Positions 1 to 12,245 of a stretch of DNA of 64,000 nt are shown here, piece by piece. Under the pieces are notes generated by a model. It was not told where the DNA came from and made no database searches. It saw only the letters and a list, made by a program, of their open reading frames with translations. Every line of letters starts with the position of its first letter. Within the stretch, counting starts at the first letter, position 1. Origin of the DNA: an uncultured Methylomirabilota bacterium (GTDB taxonomy: Bacteria > Methylomirabilota > Methylomirabilia > Methylomirabilales > 2-02-FULL-66-22); NCBI GenBank assembly GCA_963705305.1, contig OY970067.1, forward strand, positions 1,376,001-1,440,000, in the 5' to 3' direction. Both the position numbers and the translations under genes were made by a program.

Positions 1-2
1 TC

Positions 3-689
3 GCCAACTACCGGGCCCTCGTTACCGAGAGCAACTACCTCGTGAACTATTTCTGGCCCCAAATGTACAACAGCGTCGTCGTCGGTCTCGCGACCACGCT
101 GATCGTCATGGTCGTGGGAAGCCTGGCCAGCTTCGCCCTGGCGCGCATCCGCTTTCGAGGCGGGCGCACCATCGCCTCGATGGCCCTCTTCACGTACATT
201 ATTCCCTCCTCGTTCCTCTCCATCCCGCTGTTCAAGCTCATGGCGGAGTACGGACTGCTCAACACCAAGACAGCACTCATTTTCGCGATGATCACCTTCA
301 CCTCGCCCTACGCTGTGTGGATCCTGTGGGACTACGGCAAAACCATACCCGCGGACATCGATGAGGCGGCGGCCATCGATGGAGCGGGCCCCCTGGCTCT
401 CTTTTTCCGGATCTACCTGCCGCTCATCATGCCGGCACTGTTCGCCATCGCCACTTATGCCTTCCTCTACTCGTGGAACGAGTACCTGTACGCGGTCCTC
501 ATGTTGTCGGGGGATCCCAACACCACCATTCCTGTCGGCATGGGGAACTTCCTGGCCACGGACAATCCGCCCTGGAACCTGCTCATGGCGGAGTCGGTCC
601 TGTATTCCGTTCCGCCGGTCATCCTGTACTACATGTTCCGGCGACAACTCACCACCGGTCTGGTCACAGGGTCCGTAGCGGGGGCATAA
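3..689 (+). CDS. Carbohydrate ABC transporter permease (MalG/UgpE-type), 5'-truncated by window edge
   Basis: Frame open from window start; EAA loop 'DIDEAAAIDGAG'; 'SWNEYLYA'; several TM segments. Confidence 0.9.
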   Translation, partial: ANYRALVTESNYLVNYFWPQMYNSVVVGLATTLIVMVVGSLASFALARIRFRGGRTIASMALFTYIIPSSFLSIPLFKLMAEYGLLNTKTALIFAMITFTSPYAVWILWDYGKTIPADIDEAAAIDGAGPLALFFRIYLPLIMPALFAIATYAFLYSWNEYLYAVLMLSGDPNTTIPVGMGNFLATDNPPWNLLMAESVLYSVPPVILYYMFRRQLTTGLVTGSVAGA

Positions 690-860
690 TCCCGGCACTG
701 GCGGGGCGGCGGCTGCGGATCACTGGCGACTTTGGAATTGACAGCCCCGAAATGCTTTGTTACCGTGACCCCACTCGGGGTCGGTTTGGGGGCGCGCAGG
801 TCCCGCCACAGAGCTGAGGCGTCATTGTCTTCATCACGGAGTGCCTCCCCGGAGGGGATC

Positions 861-1298
861 GTGCTGAAACGCGAAAAGGAGCGGGTCGGACCGGACTTTG
901 GCGAAATCCGCGCCTTTCTCGGCGAGGGAACGCAGTTCAAGGGGGTCTTGAGCTTTGCCGGCGCGGTGCGGGTTGACGGCCAGCTGGAGGGAGAGATCGT
1001 CGGCGACGAGGTGCTCATCATCGGCGAGCCCGGCCAGGTCAAAGCGGATGTCGAGGTGGGAACCCTCGTGGTCAGCGGCCGGCTTCATGGTTCCGTGGTG
1101 GCGCGCCAGCGCGTCGAGCTCTTGCGGCCGAGCCGGGTGACCGGCACGATCCGGACTCCGTGTTTGGTGGTGGCCGAGGGGGCGGTGTTCAACGGGAATT
1201 GCGAGATGCCCGGCTCGGACACGGAGACGGCTCCATCCCCCCAGCCGCCGGAAGGGGCACCCCAGGGGACCCCGGACAGCCCGGGCCCGGGAGCCTGA
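861..1298 (+). CDS. Bactofilin / polymer-forming cytoskeletal protein (CcmA family)
   Basis: GTG after GGAGGGG; 'FLGEGTQFKGVLSFAGAVRVDGQLEGEI...LVVAEGAVFNGNCEM'. Confidence 0.88.
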   Translation: MLKREKERVGPDFGEIRAFLGEGTQFKGVLSFAGAVRVDGQLEGEIVGDEVLIIGEPGQVKADVEVGTLVVSGRLHGSVVARQRVELLRPSRVTGTIRTPCLVVAEGAVFNGNCEMPGSDTETAPSPQPPEGAPQGTPDSPGPGA

Positions 1299-1643
1299 TC
1301 GTCCAGGCGCCGGGGCGCCCGGGCGCTCCGGGATATGCATATCAGCACCCTTCCTGTTCTTCCGGCACCTGTCGCCTGCGTTCTTCCCCCCTCCCGGCCG
1401 AGTCGTTCCAGCCAATCGCCCCGACGTGTGCTGCGACTTCGGACCGAATGCCTCGCGGGAGGCCATGAACCCGAACAGGACAGACCAACCGCAAAGCAGC
1501 CACGGGCCGCACCGGGACCCCTGCCGTGCGACGAGCGGAGGCCGGCAATCCTGGAGCATGATCGGAGCCTTCCGTTTCGACGGTTCCTCCGGCCGGATGG
1601 GGCGCGGCGACCCCTTGGCGCCCTTGGCGGTGAAGATTCCGAG

Positions 1644-2816
1644 ATGAACGTCTATCTGGACCACAACGCCACCACGCCGCTGCACCCGGAGGTGCTGGCC
1701 GACATGCTCCCCTACCTGCGGGAGCGGTTCGGCAACGCCAGCTCCGTGCACGCCTGGGGCCGCGAAGCGCGGCATGCGCTGGAGGCGGCGCGGGCGGGCC
1801 TTGCGCGCGCCCTGGGGGCGGCCGACAAGGACACGGTTCTGTTCACGGCGGGCGGAACCGAAGCCGACAATCTGGCCCTTCAGGGCGTGGCCGCAGCCAC
1901 TGGGGAGCGCGGCGGACACCTGATCATCTCGGCGGTCGAGCATCACGCGGTCCTGAACACCGCTGACCATCTGGCGCGGCGCGGCTTTGAGATCACCACG
2001 CTTCCCGTGGACCAGGACGGCCGGCTCGACCCCGACGATCTCCGGCGAGCCATCCGGGCCAATACCATCCTGGTGAGCCTGATGCACGCCAACAACGAGA
2101 CCGGCGTCCTCTTCCCCCTGGCGGAGCTGAGCCGAATCTGCCGGGAGCGGGGTGTTCCATTCCACACCGACGCCGTGCAGAGCTTCGGCAAGGTCCCGCT
2201 GGATGTGGAGGTGCTGGGGGTCGACCTGCTCTCGCTTTCGGGCCACAAGATTCACGGACCCAAGGGGGTGGGCGCGCTGTTCGTCCGCCGCGGCACCCGC
2301 ATGCAGGCGCTCTTCCACGGCGGGACGCAAGAGCGGTCGCGACGCGCCGGGACGGAAGACGTGGCGGGCGCCGTCGGGTTGGCGCGGGCGGCATGTCTCA
2401 TGCTGGAAGCGCTGGCGGCGGATTGCACCGGCGCCCTCCGCGACCACTTGGAGGCGAGCCTCATGGCGGCCCTGCCCGGCGTGTGTCGCAACGGGGCGGC
2501 GGGCGGGCGCCTGCCCAACACCAGCAGCCTCGCCTTCGACGGGATCGAGGCGGAGTCCCTCGTCCTGGCGCTGGATCTCCAAGGGATTGCCGTGTCGTCT
2601 GGCGCGGCCTGCAGCTCTGGCTCGGTGGAGCCCTCCCATGTCCTGACGGCCATGGGGCTTCCGCGGGATCGCGTGGCGGCGTCGGTTCGCTTCTCGCTGG
2701 GGCGGGAGACCACACGCCAGGAGATAGATCGCGTGCTGGAGATCCTGCCCCCGATCGTGAGGCGGATGCGCCGGGTCGGCACGGAGCACAGCCAGCCGGC
2801 GGGGGCGCGGGCATGA
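1644..2816 (+). CDS. iscS: Cysteine desulfurase, IscS/NifS family
   Basis: 'YLDHNATTP', 'SGHKIHGPKG' (PLP Lys), 'SSGAACSS' (catalytic Cys); ATGA-coupled to mnmA. Confidence 0.93.
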   Translation: MNVYLDHNATTPLHPEVLADMLPYLRERFGNASSVHAWGREARHALEAARAGLARALGAADKDTVLFTAGGTEADNLALQGVAAATGERGGHLIISAVEHHAVLNTADHLARRGFEITTLPVDQDGRLDPDDLRRAIRANTILVSLMHANNETGVLFPLAELSRICRERGVPFHTDAVQSFGKVPLDVEVLGVDLLSLSGHKIHGPKGVGALFVRRGTRMQALFHGGTQERSRRAGTEDVAGAVGLARAACLMLEALAADCTGALRDHLEASLMAALPGVCRNGAAGGRLPNTSSLAFDGIEAESLVLALDLQGIAVSSGAACSSGSVEPSHVLTAMGLPRDRVAASVRFSLGRETTRQEIDRVLEILPPIVRRMRRVGTEHSQPAGARA

Positions 2817-3955
2817 GCATGCCGGTCCCGACAGACCAGCCGGTGGTCGTGGCGATGAGCGGCGGCGTTGACTCGGCCGTGGCGGCGGCGCTCCTCGTGC
2901 GGCAGGGCTGCAAGGTGGTGGGCATCACGCTGCGCATCTGGCCCGGCCTTCGCCCCGACGAGGCGGAGCGGCGGTTCGACAGCTGCTGCTCCCCCCAGGC
3001 GGTGGAGGATGCGCGCCAGGTGGCCCAGCAGCTGGGCATTCCGCACTATGTTCTGAACTACGAGGACGAGTTCGATCGCGAGGTGATCCGCTACTTCACC
3101 GACGCCTACCTGCACGGGGAAACCCCCAACCCCTGCGTGCCCTGCAATGCCCGCCTCAAGTTTGGGTCGCTCCTGACTCGCGCCAGGGGCTGGGGGGCCG
3201 ACCGGGTGGCCACCGGGCACTATGCCCGCGTGGTCTTCGAGCCGGCCTCCGGGCGGTACTGCCTGCTCCGCGGGCTGGACCCGCGCAAGGATCAGAGCTA
3301 CTTCCTCGCCACTCTCACCCAGGACCAGCTGGCAGCCTCGCTGTTTCCCCTGGGCGGACTGCGAAAAGAGGAGACCCGGCGCATCGCGGCTGAGATGAAC
3401 CTGCCGGTAGCCGGCAAGCCGGAGAGCCAGGAAATCTGCTTCGTCTCCCGTGACTACCGGGACTATCTCCGCGCCCGTGTGGGGGAGGCCATCCGGCCCG
3501 GCACGATCCGCGACACCGCCGGAGCCGTGTGCGGGCGACATCAGGGGGTGCCGTTCTATACGGTCGGCCAGCGGCGGGGCCTGGGGCTCGGAAACCCGGA
3601 GCCCCTCTACGTGATCGGGCTGGATCCGGCCCGGAACGAGGTCATTGTCGGTCGAGAGCGGGACCTGCTCGTCCCCGCGGTGGACGTCGAGCCGGTCAAT
3701 TTCATCGCCGTCGAGCGGCTCGATGCCCCCCGGCGCGTGCTGGCGAAGGTCCGCTACGCCCAGCCGGCGGCGCCGGCGACACTCGCCCCTGTCGACCTGC
3801 ATCGCGTCCGGCTCTGCTTCGACGAGCCCCAGCGGGCGGTGGCGCCGGGACAGATCGCCGTCTTCTATGATGGGACGGTTCCGGATGTGGTCGTGGGAGG
3901 GGGGACGATCTGCCGGCCCGGCTCCCAGGGCAACGGGGACGTTGAACCGCCATGA
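2813..3955 (+). CDS. mnmA: tRNA 2-thiouridine(34) synthase MnmA
   Basis: 'AMSGGVDS' PP-loop, 'TPNPCVPCN', 'ATGHYAR', 'KDQSYFL', 'ESQEICF', 'YTVGQRRGLG'. Confidence 0.96.
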   Translation: MSMPVPTDQPVVVAMSGGVDSAVAAALLVRQGCKVVGITLRIWPGLRPDEAERRFDSCCSPQAVEDARQVAQQLGIPHYVLNYEDEFDREVIRYFTDAYLHGETPNPCVPCNARLKFGSLLTRARGWGADRVATGHYARVVFEPASGRYCLLRGLDPRKDQSYFLATLTQDQLAASLFPLGGLRKEETRRIAAEMNLPVAGKPESQEICFVSRDYRDYLRARVGEAIRPGTIRDTAGAVCGRHQGVPFYTVGQRRGLGLGNPEPLYVIGLDPARNEVIVGRERDLLVPAVDVEPVNFIAVERLDAPRRVLAKVRYAQPAAPATLAPVDLHRVRLCFDEPQRAVAPGQIAVFYDGTVPDVVVGGGTICRPGSQGNGDVEPP

Positions 3956-4464
3956 CGCCAAGGCCCTACAGTTCAGGGTTCCCCGCGGCTGTGATTCGAG
4001 ACATGGGAACGCCCCACCAGGGGATGCGACACGAGTCCAGTCCTTTCGCATTTTGCCCATTCCAGCCGTGCAATCCCGGGTACCCAACGCGAGCGTTGGG
4101 TGTCCTTGGCGGTGAGATATCTTCGGATTGGGGTTAATCCTGTCCTGACAGGGCGAGGCGGAGGGGACGGATGCGGACCGGATCCCGGAGGATCCGCCGG
4201 CGCGGGTCCCGGGGCATCCGGCCTCGCCGGCCCTGCTCCAGGAGGGGATGTCGCGGGTCGGCGAGCGGGCATTGGCGGCCCGCACGGGGAGCCGCGGGGG
4301 CCCTTCGGGGGCCCCGAAACCCCTTGACATCATTCTGAATCGCGTGGTACCTATAACCGGTTTTCAAATACACGGACGGATGATCGCGAGGGTCCTTCTC
4401 GTCCGCCGGCTGGGCGGACGGCGGACCGGGGCGGGCATCGCACCCTCACCCCTCACTCCTGACC

Positions 4465-4839
4465 TTGGACGAGCGAGAAGCGTTTGTACGCGGAACCCTT
4501 GTCGGGGCATCGATCGTGGCCGCGGCAGGGGTAGCCGTGCTTTTGCTATTGGGGCGGGGGGCGTGGGCGGTCGGTTTCGGCGTCGGTGCGGCTGTTAGCC
4601 TGGGGAGCTTTCAGCTGATCGCCCGCGCCGTGGGACGATTGACCGAGCCGGGCGTGACCCGGCAGGCCGGTCTCCTCTGGAAAGGCGCCCTCATCCGGTT
4701 TGCCATCGTCGGGGCCGTGCTGTTCCTGGCGCTGATCGTACTCCGCGTGGCTCTCCTGGCCCTCCTGGCCGGACTGCTCCTCACGCATGCCACCATGATC
4801 GGCCACTGGCTCGTGTACTCCCTGCGGGCCAAGACGTGA
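4465..4839 (+). CDS. atpI: ATP synthase protein I-like membrane protein
   Basis: 124 aa, four hydrophobic segments, first gene upstream of atpF; TTG start. Confidence 0.7.
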   Translation: MDEREAFVRGTLVGASIVAAAGVAVLLLLGRGAWAVGFGVGAAVSLGSFQLIARAVGRLTEPGVTRQAGLLWKGALIRFAIVGAVLFLALIVLRVALLALLAGLLLTHATMIGHWLVYSLRAKT

Positions 4840-4930
4840 GCCCGAGGCTGGCGACCAGCCTTTCCGGTGCGACATCCGGATGGGGGCGGAAATCCGAAGG
4901 CGTGGACCCCGCGTACCACCAGGAGGCTGC

Positions 4931-5536
4931 ATGAGAGGCCTGGCAACGTTCACGCGCCGCGTCGTGTCCGTCTGGCTCCTGTGGCTTGCCGCCCTGGCGC
5001 CCGGGGCGGCCCTGGCCGCCGAGGGGGCCGTCGCGCACGAGCAGCCCGGCATCATCAACCTGAATGTCACCGTCCTCATCCAGGCGGTGAACTTCCTCAT
5101 CCTCATCGCCCTCCTGTCGAAGTTCCTGTTCAAGCCGCTGACGCGCTTCCTGAAAGAGCGGGCCGACGGGATCGAGCGCTCTCTCACGGAGGCGCGGGCC
5201 GCCCGCGAGGCGGCGGCCAGGGCGCAGGAGGAGTATCGGACCCAGATCCAGTCCGCCCAACGCGAGGTCGCTGCCATTCGCGAGCAGGCCCAGCGGGACG
5301 TGGAGGCCGAGCGGCAGCGTCTGCTGCAGGCCGCCCGGGAGGAGACGGAGCGCCTGCTGGCCGGGGCGCGGGCCGAGATCGAGGCGGAGACGCGCCAGGC
5401 CCGCGCCCGGCTGCGAGAGGAGGCCGCCGATCTGTCGGTGGCCGCCGCGGAGCGCCTGCTGGGCCGCGCCCTCACCGGGGACGATCAGCGGCGACTGGTC
5501 GAGCAGTACGTCCGGGAGCTGGAGGGCAAAAATTGA
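4931..5536 (+). CDS. atpF: F0F1 ATP synthase subunit b
   Basis: AGGAGG RBS; 'IQAVNFLILIALLSKFLFKPLTRFLKER' then long Ala/Glu/Arg coiled coil. Confidence 0.92.
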   Translation: MRGLATFTRRVVSVWLLWLAALAPGAALAAEGAVAHEQPGIINLNVTVLIQAVNFLILIALLSKFLFKPLTRFLKERADGIERSLTEARAAREAAARAQEEYRTQIQSAQREVAAIREQAQRDVEAERQRLLQAAREETERLLAGARAEIEAETRQARARLREEAADLSVAAAERLLGRALTGDDQRRLVEQYVRELEGKN

Positions 5537-6081
5537 TCGCCGGGTCGCTGGCCAAGCGCTATGCGGGGGCCCTGGTCGAGGTGGCCTCCGCCGCCGGCGA
5601 GCAGGAGCTGGAGGCCGTCCGCGAGGACCTCGCTCTGTTCGCCGACGTCCTGCGCGAGCATCGGGACCTGTGGCGGTATCTGCGAGATCCGGCGGCGCAG
5701 CGTCCGGACAAGCTGCGGACCGTCGGCGAGTTGGCGGCGACCCTGGGCCTGCGGCAGCTGGCGGCGACCTTCCTGCGCATGCTCCAGGAGCACGACCGGC
5801 TGACGGCGCTGGATCAGATCCGGCGCGCCTACGAGGCGCTGATGGACGAGCGGCTGGGTCGCACCAAGGCGGTCGTCACCGCGGCGGCGCCGCTGGACGC
5901 CGAGCAGGAGGCGCGACTGCGGGCAGAGCTGGGGCGCGTCACCGGGAAGCAGGTCTACCTGGAGGTCCGCCAGGACCCCGGCCTGCTGGGTGGCCTGATC
6001 GCCCAGATCGGCAGCCGGGTGTACGACGGGAGCCTGCGAACGCAGCTGCGACGGCTGCGGGAGCGGCTCGCCGGCGGATAG
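5533..6081 (+). CDS. atpH: F0F1 ATP synthase subunit delta
   Basis: TTG overlapping atpF stop; 'LAKRYAGAL...DPGLLGGLIAQIGSRVYDGSLRTQL'. Confidence 0.93.
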   Translation: MIAGSLAKRYAGALVEVASAAGEQELEAVREDLALFADVLREHRDLWRYLRDPAAQRPDKLRTVGELAATLGLRQLAATFLRMLQEHDRLTALDQIRRAYEALMDERLGRTKAVVTAAAPLDAEQEARLRAELGRVTGKQVYLEVRQDPGLLGGLIAQIGSRVYDGSLRTQLRRLRERLAGG

Positions 6082-6139
6082 GATGCGGCCGCGGATCGCC
6101 CGGGTCGCCGGCGCGGGAGTCCGACGGCAGAGGTGAGGC

Positions 6140-7666
6140 ATGGCACAGATCAAGGCAGAGGAGATCAGTCAGGTCATCCGGCAGCAACTGGCCTCGTACG
6201 AGGCGGCCATCGACCTGGCCGAGGTCGGCACCGTCCTCGAGGTCGGTGACGGCATCGCCCGCATCTACGGCCTCGAAAATGCCATGGCCATGGAGATGCT
6301 GGAGTTTCCCGATGGCATCTTCGGCATGGTCCTGAACCTGGAAGAGGATAACGTCGGCGCGGTGCTCCTGGGCGACGACACCTCCATCAAGGAGGGGGAC
6401 CAGGTCAAGCGGACCGGGCGGGTCGCCTCGGTGCCGGTGGGCGAGGCGGTGGTCGGCCGCGTGGTGAACGCCCTGGGGCAGCCGCTGGACGGCAAGGGCC
6501 CCATCGAGGCCGCGGAGCTCCGCCCCATCGAGCGGCTGGCGCCCGGCGTGGTGGACCGGAGGCCGGTGAAGGAGCCGCTGCAGACGGGCATCAAGGCGAT
6601 CGACGCCATGATCCCCATCGGGCGCGGACAGCGCGAGCTGATCATCGGGGACCGCCAGACGGGAAAGACCGCCATCGCGGTGGATACCATCATCAACCAG
6701 AAGGGGAAGGGGGTCTACTGCTTCTACGTGGCGACGGGACAGAAGCGGTCCACCGTGGCCCAGGTGGTAAAGGTGCTGGAAGACGCCGGGGCCATGGAGT
6801 ACACCACAGTGGTAGTGGCCTCGGCTTCCGAGCCGGCCCCCCTGCTGTACATCTCCCCCTACGCCGGCTGCACGATGGGCGAGTACTTCCGCGACACCAA
6901 ACGTCACGCCCTGTGCATCTACGACGACCTGACCAAGCACGCTGCCGCCTACCGCCAGCTCTCGCTCCTGCTGCGACGCCCCCCGGGCCGCGAGGCCTAT
7001 CCCGGCGACGTGTTCTACCTCCATTCCCGGCTGCTGGAGCGGGCGGCGAAGCTGAACGACGAGCTGGGGGGCGGCTCCCTGACGGCGCTGCCCATCATCG
7101 AGACGCAGCTGGGGGACGTCTCCGCCTACATCCCAACCAACGTCATCTCCATCACGGACGGCCAGATCTACCTGGAGACGGACCTGTTCTTCGCGGGCGT
7201 GCGGCCGGCGGTGAACGTCGGCCTGTCCGTCTCGCGCGTCGGCGGCAGTGCCCAGATCAAGGCCATGAAGCAGGTGGCGGGAAAGCTCAGGCTGGACCTG
7301 GCCCAGTACCGGGACATGGCTGCCTTCGCCCAGTTCGGGTCGGAGCTGGACAAGGCCACCCAGGCCCAGCTCAACCGGGGCCAGCGGATGGTGGAGATCC
7401 TGAAACAGAAGCAGTACACGCCGCTGCCGATCGAGAGGCAGGTCCTCCTCATTCATGCGGGCAGCGCCGGACACCTCGACGATCTGCCGGTCGAGCGCAT
7501 CACGGCGTTCGAGGAGGCGCTGTTCAAGTTCGCCGAGCTCCGCAATCCCGAGATCATCCGGGAGCTGGCGGAGAAGAAAGAGATCACCGACGCCCTGCGC
7601 GGCCGCATGGATGAGTGCATCCGCGGGTGCAGGGCGGAGTTCCTGGCGACCGCCAGGACGGCCTGA
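6140..7666 (+). CDS. atpA: F0F1 ATP synthase subunit alpha
   Basis: 'GDRQTGKT' Walker A, '[24 protein letters not shown]'. Confidence 0.99.
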   Translation: MAQIKAEEISQVIRQQLASYEAAIDLAEVGTVLEVGDGIARIYGLENAMAMEMLEFPDGIFGMVLNLEEDNVGAVLLGDDTSIKEGDQVKRTGRVASVPVGEAVVGRVVNALGQPLDGKGPIEAAELRPIERLAPGVVDRRPVKEPLQTGIKAIDAMIPIGRGQRELIIGDRQTGKTAIAVDTIINQKGKGVYCFYVATGQKRSTVAQVVKVLEDAGAMEYTTVVVASASEPAPLLYISPYAGCTMGEYFRDTKRHALCIYDDLTKHAAAYRQLSLLLRRPPGREAYPGDVFYLHSRLLERAAKLNDELGGGSLTALPIIETQLGDVSAYIPTNVISITDGQIYLETDLFFAGVRPAVNVGLSVSRVGGSAQIKAMKQVAGKLRLDLAQYRDMAAFAQFGSELDKATQAQLNRGQRMVEILKQKQYTPLPIERQVLLIHAGSAGHLDDLPVERITAFEEALFKFAELRNPEIIRELAEKKEITDALRGRMDECIRGCRAEFLATARTA

Positions 7667-7683
7667 GCAGGTCGGCGGCATCC

Positions 7684-8565
7684 ATGGCGACCCTCCGCGA
7701 TATCCGGCGGCGCATCAACAGCGTCAAGAGCACCCAGCAGATCACGCGCGCCATGAAGCTGGTGGCGGCGGCCAAGCTGCGGCGCGCCCAGGAGCGGATC
7801 CAGGAGGCCCGGCCTTACGCCTCCAGCATGGGCGAGGTCGTCGCGAGCCTGGCCCTGCGGTCGCCGCGCACGCTGCACCCCCTTTTGCAGGAGCGGCCGG
7901 CCCGCCGGAAGCTGCTGCTGGTCGTCAGCGGGGACCGGGGGCTCTGCGGGGCCTTCAACAGCAACATCATCCGCCGCTCCCTGGAGGTGATGCGCTCCGG
8001 GGGGCAGGATCCGGACGTGAGCCTGACCCTCATCGTGGTCGGCCGGAAGATCCGGGATTTTTACCGCCGGCGCGGGCAGGTGACGGTGCGGGCCGAGTAC
8101 GCCAACTTCTTCGAGCGGCTGGCGTACGGCCACGCGGCCGAGATCGGGCAGGGGGTGGTGGCCGCCTACGCGGAGGACGAGGTCGACGAGGTGCAGCTCG
8201 TCTACAATGAGTTCAAGTCCGTGGCGGCGCAGCGGGTGGTGGCCCAGCAGCTCCTCCCCATCCAGCCCCTCCGCACGCCCGGGGAAACCCCCGTGGCCGA
8301 CTTCGTGTTCGAGCCGTCGCCGACGGCCGTCCTGGAGCGCCTGCTGCCCAAGCACGTGGAGGTGCAAATCTACCGCGCGCTCATGGAGTCGCTGGCGGCG
8401 GAGTACGCCGCCCGCATGACCGCCATGGATAACGCCACCAGGAACGCCTCCGAGATGATCGACCTGCTGACCCTCCAGTTCAACAAGGCGCGGCAGGAGC
8501 GCATCACCAAAGAGCTGCTGGAGATCGTCGGGGGCGCGGAAGCCCTCCGGCAGGCGCGGGGCTGA
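7684..8565 (+). CDS. atpG: F0F1 ATP synthase subunit gamma
   Basis: 'ITRAMKLVAAAK', 'DRGLCGAFN', 'RQERITKELLEIVGGAEAL'. Confidence 0.98.
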   Translation: MATLRDIRRRINSVKSTQQITRAMKLVAAAKLRRAQERIQEARPYASSMGEVVASLALRSPRTLHPLLQERPARRKLLLVVSGDRGLCGAFNSNIIRRSLEVMRSGGQDPDVSLTLIVVGRKIRDFYRRRGQVTVRAEYANFFERLAYGHAAEIGQGVVAAYAEDEVDEVQLVYNEFKSVAAQRVVAQQLLPIQPLRTPGETPVADFVFEPSPTAVLERLLPKHVEVQIYRALMESLAAEYAARMTAMDNATRNASEMIDLLTLQFNKARQERITKELLEIVGGAEALRQARG

Positions 8566-8649
8566 GCCGTGCCCGAGCGACGGACGGCTCGGAGACGACT
8601 CGGCGCGGGAAGACGCATTGCCCCTTGTGCGGTCGAACACGGCCGGTGA

Positions 8650-10104
<1,455 letters not shown>

Positions 10105-10140
10105 CCTTCCGGCATCTTCCGGACAGGAGCCGCAGGACCC

Positions 10141-10569
10141 ATGGCAGAGGCGATACGGACCACCTTTGAGCTGGAGATCGTGACCCCGGACCGTCTGCTG
10201 GTGCGGGACGAGGTAAGCGAGCTGGTGGCCCCGGGGGCCGAGGGATACTTCGGTGTGCTCCCGGACCACATGCCGTTCATCACCACGCTGAAGATCGGCG
10301 TCCTCAGCTACTGGAAGGGCGGCCTGGAGCGCCATCTGGCCGTGGCCTGGGGGTACGTCGAGGTGCGGGGGGACAAGGTCCTGGTCCTGGCAGAGCGCGC
10401 CGAGCGCCCGGAAGAGATCGACGTGGGGCGGGCCGAGCGAGCGCGCGAGCGGGCCGAGCGGTTCCTCCATGAGTACACCGGGGGCAACGAATCCATCGAC
10501 TTCGCCCGGGCACAGGCCGCCCTCCAGCGGGCGCTGACTCGCCTGGAAGCGGCCCGCCTGGGCCGCTGA
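10141..10569 (+). CDS. atpC: F0F1 ATP synthase subunit epsilon
   Basis: 'LEIVTPDR...PGAEGYFGVLPDH...EEIDVGRAERARERAE'. Confidence 0.97.
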   Translation: MAEAIRTTFELEIVTPDRLLVRDEVSELVAPGAEGYFGVLPDHMPFITTLKIGVLSYWKGGLERHLAVAWGYVEVRGDKVLVLAERAERPEEIDVGRAERARERAERFLHEYTGGNESIDFARAQAALQRALTRLEAARLGR

Positions 10570-10584
10570 GGCTCGCCCGCCAGA

Positions 10585-10956
10585 CTAGAGGTCGTCGCCA
10601 AGATCGTTCCCCGGGCCGCCTCCCGGGGGCGATCCGGCTGCCCCTTCATCCATCGCCTCTTCCATGGCCTGGTCGAAGTCCTCGCCGAGATCCTCCCCCA
10701 GCTCCTTCCCCATTTTTTTGGCCCAGCGGGCCACGCTTTGGGGATCGCTCTCGTCCAGATCCCCGAATTTCCCGGGATCGGCGAGGGCGTCCAGGCGGTC
10801 GTCCTCGGATCGGACGCGCGTGAACCGTGACATGAGGCGTTCGAGGCGGCGGCCCCCGCAACGCGGGCAGGCCGGCGTGCCGGGATTATTGATGCTCCGC
10901 ACCAGGATGCTCACCCGGCGTCGACAATCCTGGCACAGGTACTCGTAGATCGGCAC
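10585..10956 (-). CDS. FmdB-family zinc-ribbon protein
   Basis: GTG after GGAGGTGG; 'MPIYEYLCQDC...ACPRCG...LERLMSRF', acidic C-terminus. Confidence 0.85.
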   Translation of the reverse strand: MPIYEYLCQDCRRRVSILVRSINNPGTPACPRCGGRRLERLMSRFTRVRSEDDRLDALADPGKFGDLDESDPQSVARWAKKMGKELGEDLGEDFDQAMEEAMDEGAAGSPPGGGPGNDLGDDL

Positions 10957-11015
10957 GGCGACACCACCTCCAAGGCGGCCTCCAGGGCCGCGCGCGACGA
11001 CGCGGACGGCCCGGA

Positions 11016-11990
11016 TCACGCACCCCTCCGTCCCCGCTCGGACGAGTCGGGGGACGGAGGGGCGTGCCGGCCCAGAATGATCCCGGCGATCCGATGCATC
11101 TCCTGGCGCAGGTCGGCCGGCTCGAGAACTTCGACTGCCTCGCCGCAGGCCAGGAGCCAGGGGACCAACTCCTCTGCTCGCATGGCCGCCAGGGTAAAGA
11201 TCACACTGCCCTCGGCCCCCTCTTCCGCCGCCACCATTCCCATGGGTGGGCGCTCGCGAAGCGCCTGGGCCAGCGGCGGCCGGCAGATCAGGCGAACCTG
11301 CTGCGGCCCAACGCGACCGGGCGGAGCCCCGTGCAGGTGGCGCTCGAGCAGGCGGGCGGGCAAGGGCCGGAAGCGCCGCTGCAGGATGCTCACCTCCGCC
11401 AGGCGCGACACGGGAATCCGCACCATGCGCCGCCGGTCGTGGGAATAGGCCAAGAGCTCCAAGCCGCGCAGTGTGCCGAGCAGCCGGTAGGGGTCCGCCC
11501 GATGCCAGCCGGGGTCTTGCCGGGATGGCGGACGGTACGCCAGCTTCACCGGCCGCCGCTCCGCGATGGCCGCGGTGAGGGCCGCGACACACGCCTCGGT
11601 TTGGGGGTCGCGAACCGGCAGTTCCAACGCCAGCTGCCGTTCTGCGGGAGGATCCGGCGGCTTGACCGCCAGCGCCTGCTGCAGTTTTTCTGCGGCCAAC
11701 GTCAGCGTCCGGGCCGTGGCCGGCTCGGCGCGGGCGGCCGCCGTCTGGGCCGCCAGGCGCAGCGCCAGCGCCTCGTCTGCCGCCAGGGTGACCGGCGGCA
11801 GGAGCGTGGGTGCCGCCAGGCGATACCCGTGGTCGAAATAGACCGGAAATCCGGAGGCGCTCAGGGCGTCCAGATCGCGCAGGAGCGTCCGGGGCGAGAT
11901 CCCGCAGGCGCGGGCCAGGACATCCGTCTCGGCCCCCGGTCGGTCCTGCAGCAGCTGCAGCAGCCTGATCAACCGCTTCGAACGGGGCAC
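11016..11990 (-). CDS. HTH-WYL domain transcriptional regulator (YafY/PafBC-like)
   Basis: N-terminal HTH 'LARACGISPRTLLRDLDAL', WYL-like 'ADPYRL...LLAYSHDRRRMVRIPVSRL', 'WLLACGEAVEVLEPADLR'; start codon approximate. Confidence 0.85.
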   Translation of the reverse strand: MPRSKRLIRLLQLLQDRPGAETDVLARACGISPRTLLRDLDALSASGFPVYFDHGYRLAAPTLLPPVTLAADEALALRLAAQTAAARAEPATARTLTLAAEKLQQALAVKPPDPPAERQLALELPVRDPQTEACVAALTAAIAERRPVKLAYRPPSRQDPGWHRADPYRLLGTLRGLELLAYSHDRRRMVRIPVSRLAEVSILQRRFRPLPARLLERHLHGAPPGRVGPQQVRLICRPPLAQALRERPPMGMVAAEEGAEGSVIFTLAAMRAEELVPWLLACGEAVEVLEPADLRQEMHRIAGIILGRHAPPSPDSSERGRRGA

Positions 11991-12172
11991 AGCCGCCCTG
12001 CCCGGTCCGCCAACCCGCCGTCGCGGCCGGCATGATTGCGAGATCCGGGCCTCCTTCTGCAAGGGCAAATAGCAGATTGCTTCGGCCGTGTCAAGCCGTT
12101 GCGAGGCGCAGGCGAAGGGGCGGGCGGGCGCGGGACGCGTGGCGGAAGGGCAGGCAAACGGGCCAATTCCCC

Positions 12173-12201
12173 TTGACACCACCCCCCAATTTCAGTACCG
12201 T
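12173..12201 (+). promoter_or_regulatory. Sigma70-type promoter for tRNA-Phe
   Basis: TTGACA (12173-12178), 17 bp, TACCGT (12196-12201), ~45 bp upstream of tRNA. Confidence 0.65.
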
Positions 12202-12245
12202 ACCGCTCGTTTCCGCATGTGGCGTCCCACCAGAATTCTCCGGAT

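Noticed and set aside
1299..1643. 345-bp spacer before iscS as 6S RNA or riboswitch
   Set aside because: Could not fold it into a recognised consensus by eye; needs an Rfam scan
4100..4464. atpZ or small ORFs upstream of atpI
   Set aside because: Translations are low-complexity and non-hydrophobic; the region looks like promoter DNA (TTGACA at 4324, -10 ambiguous)
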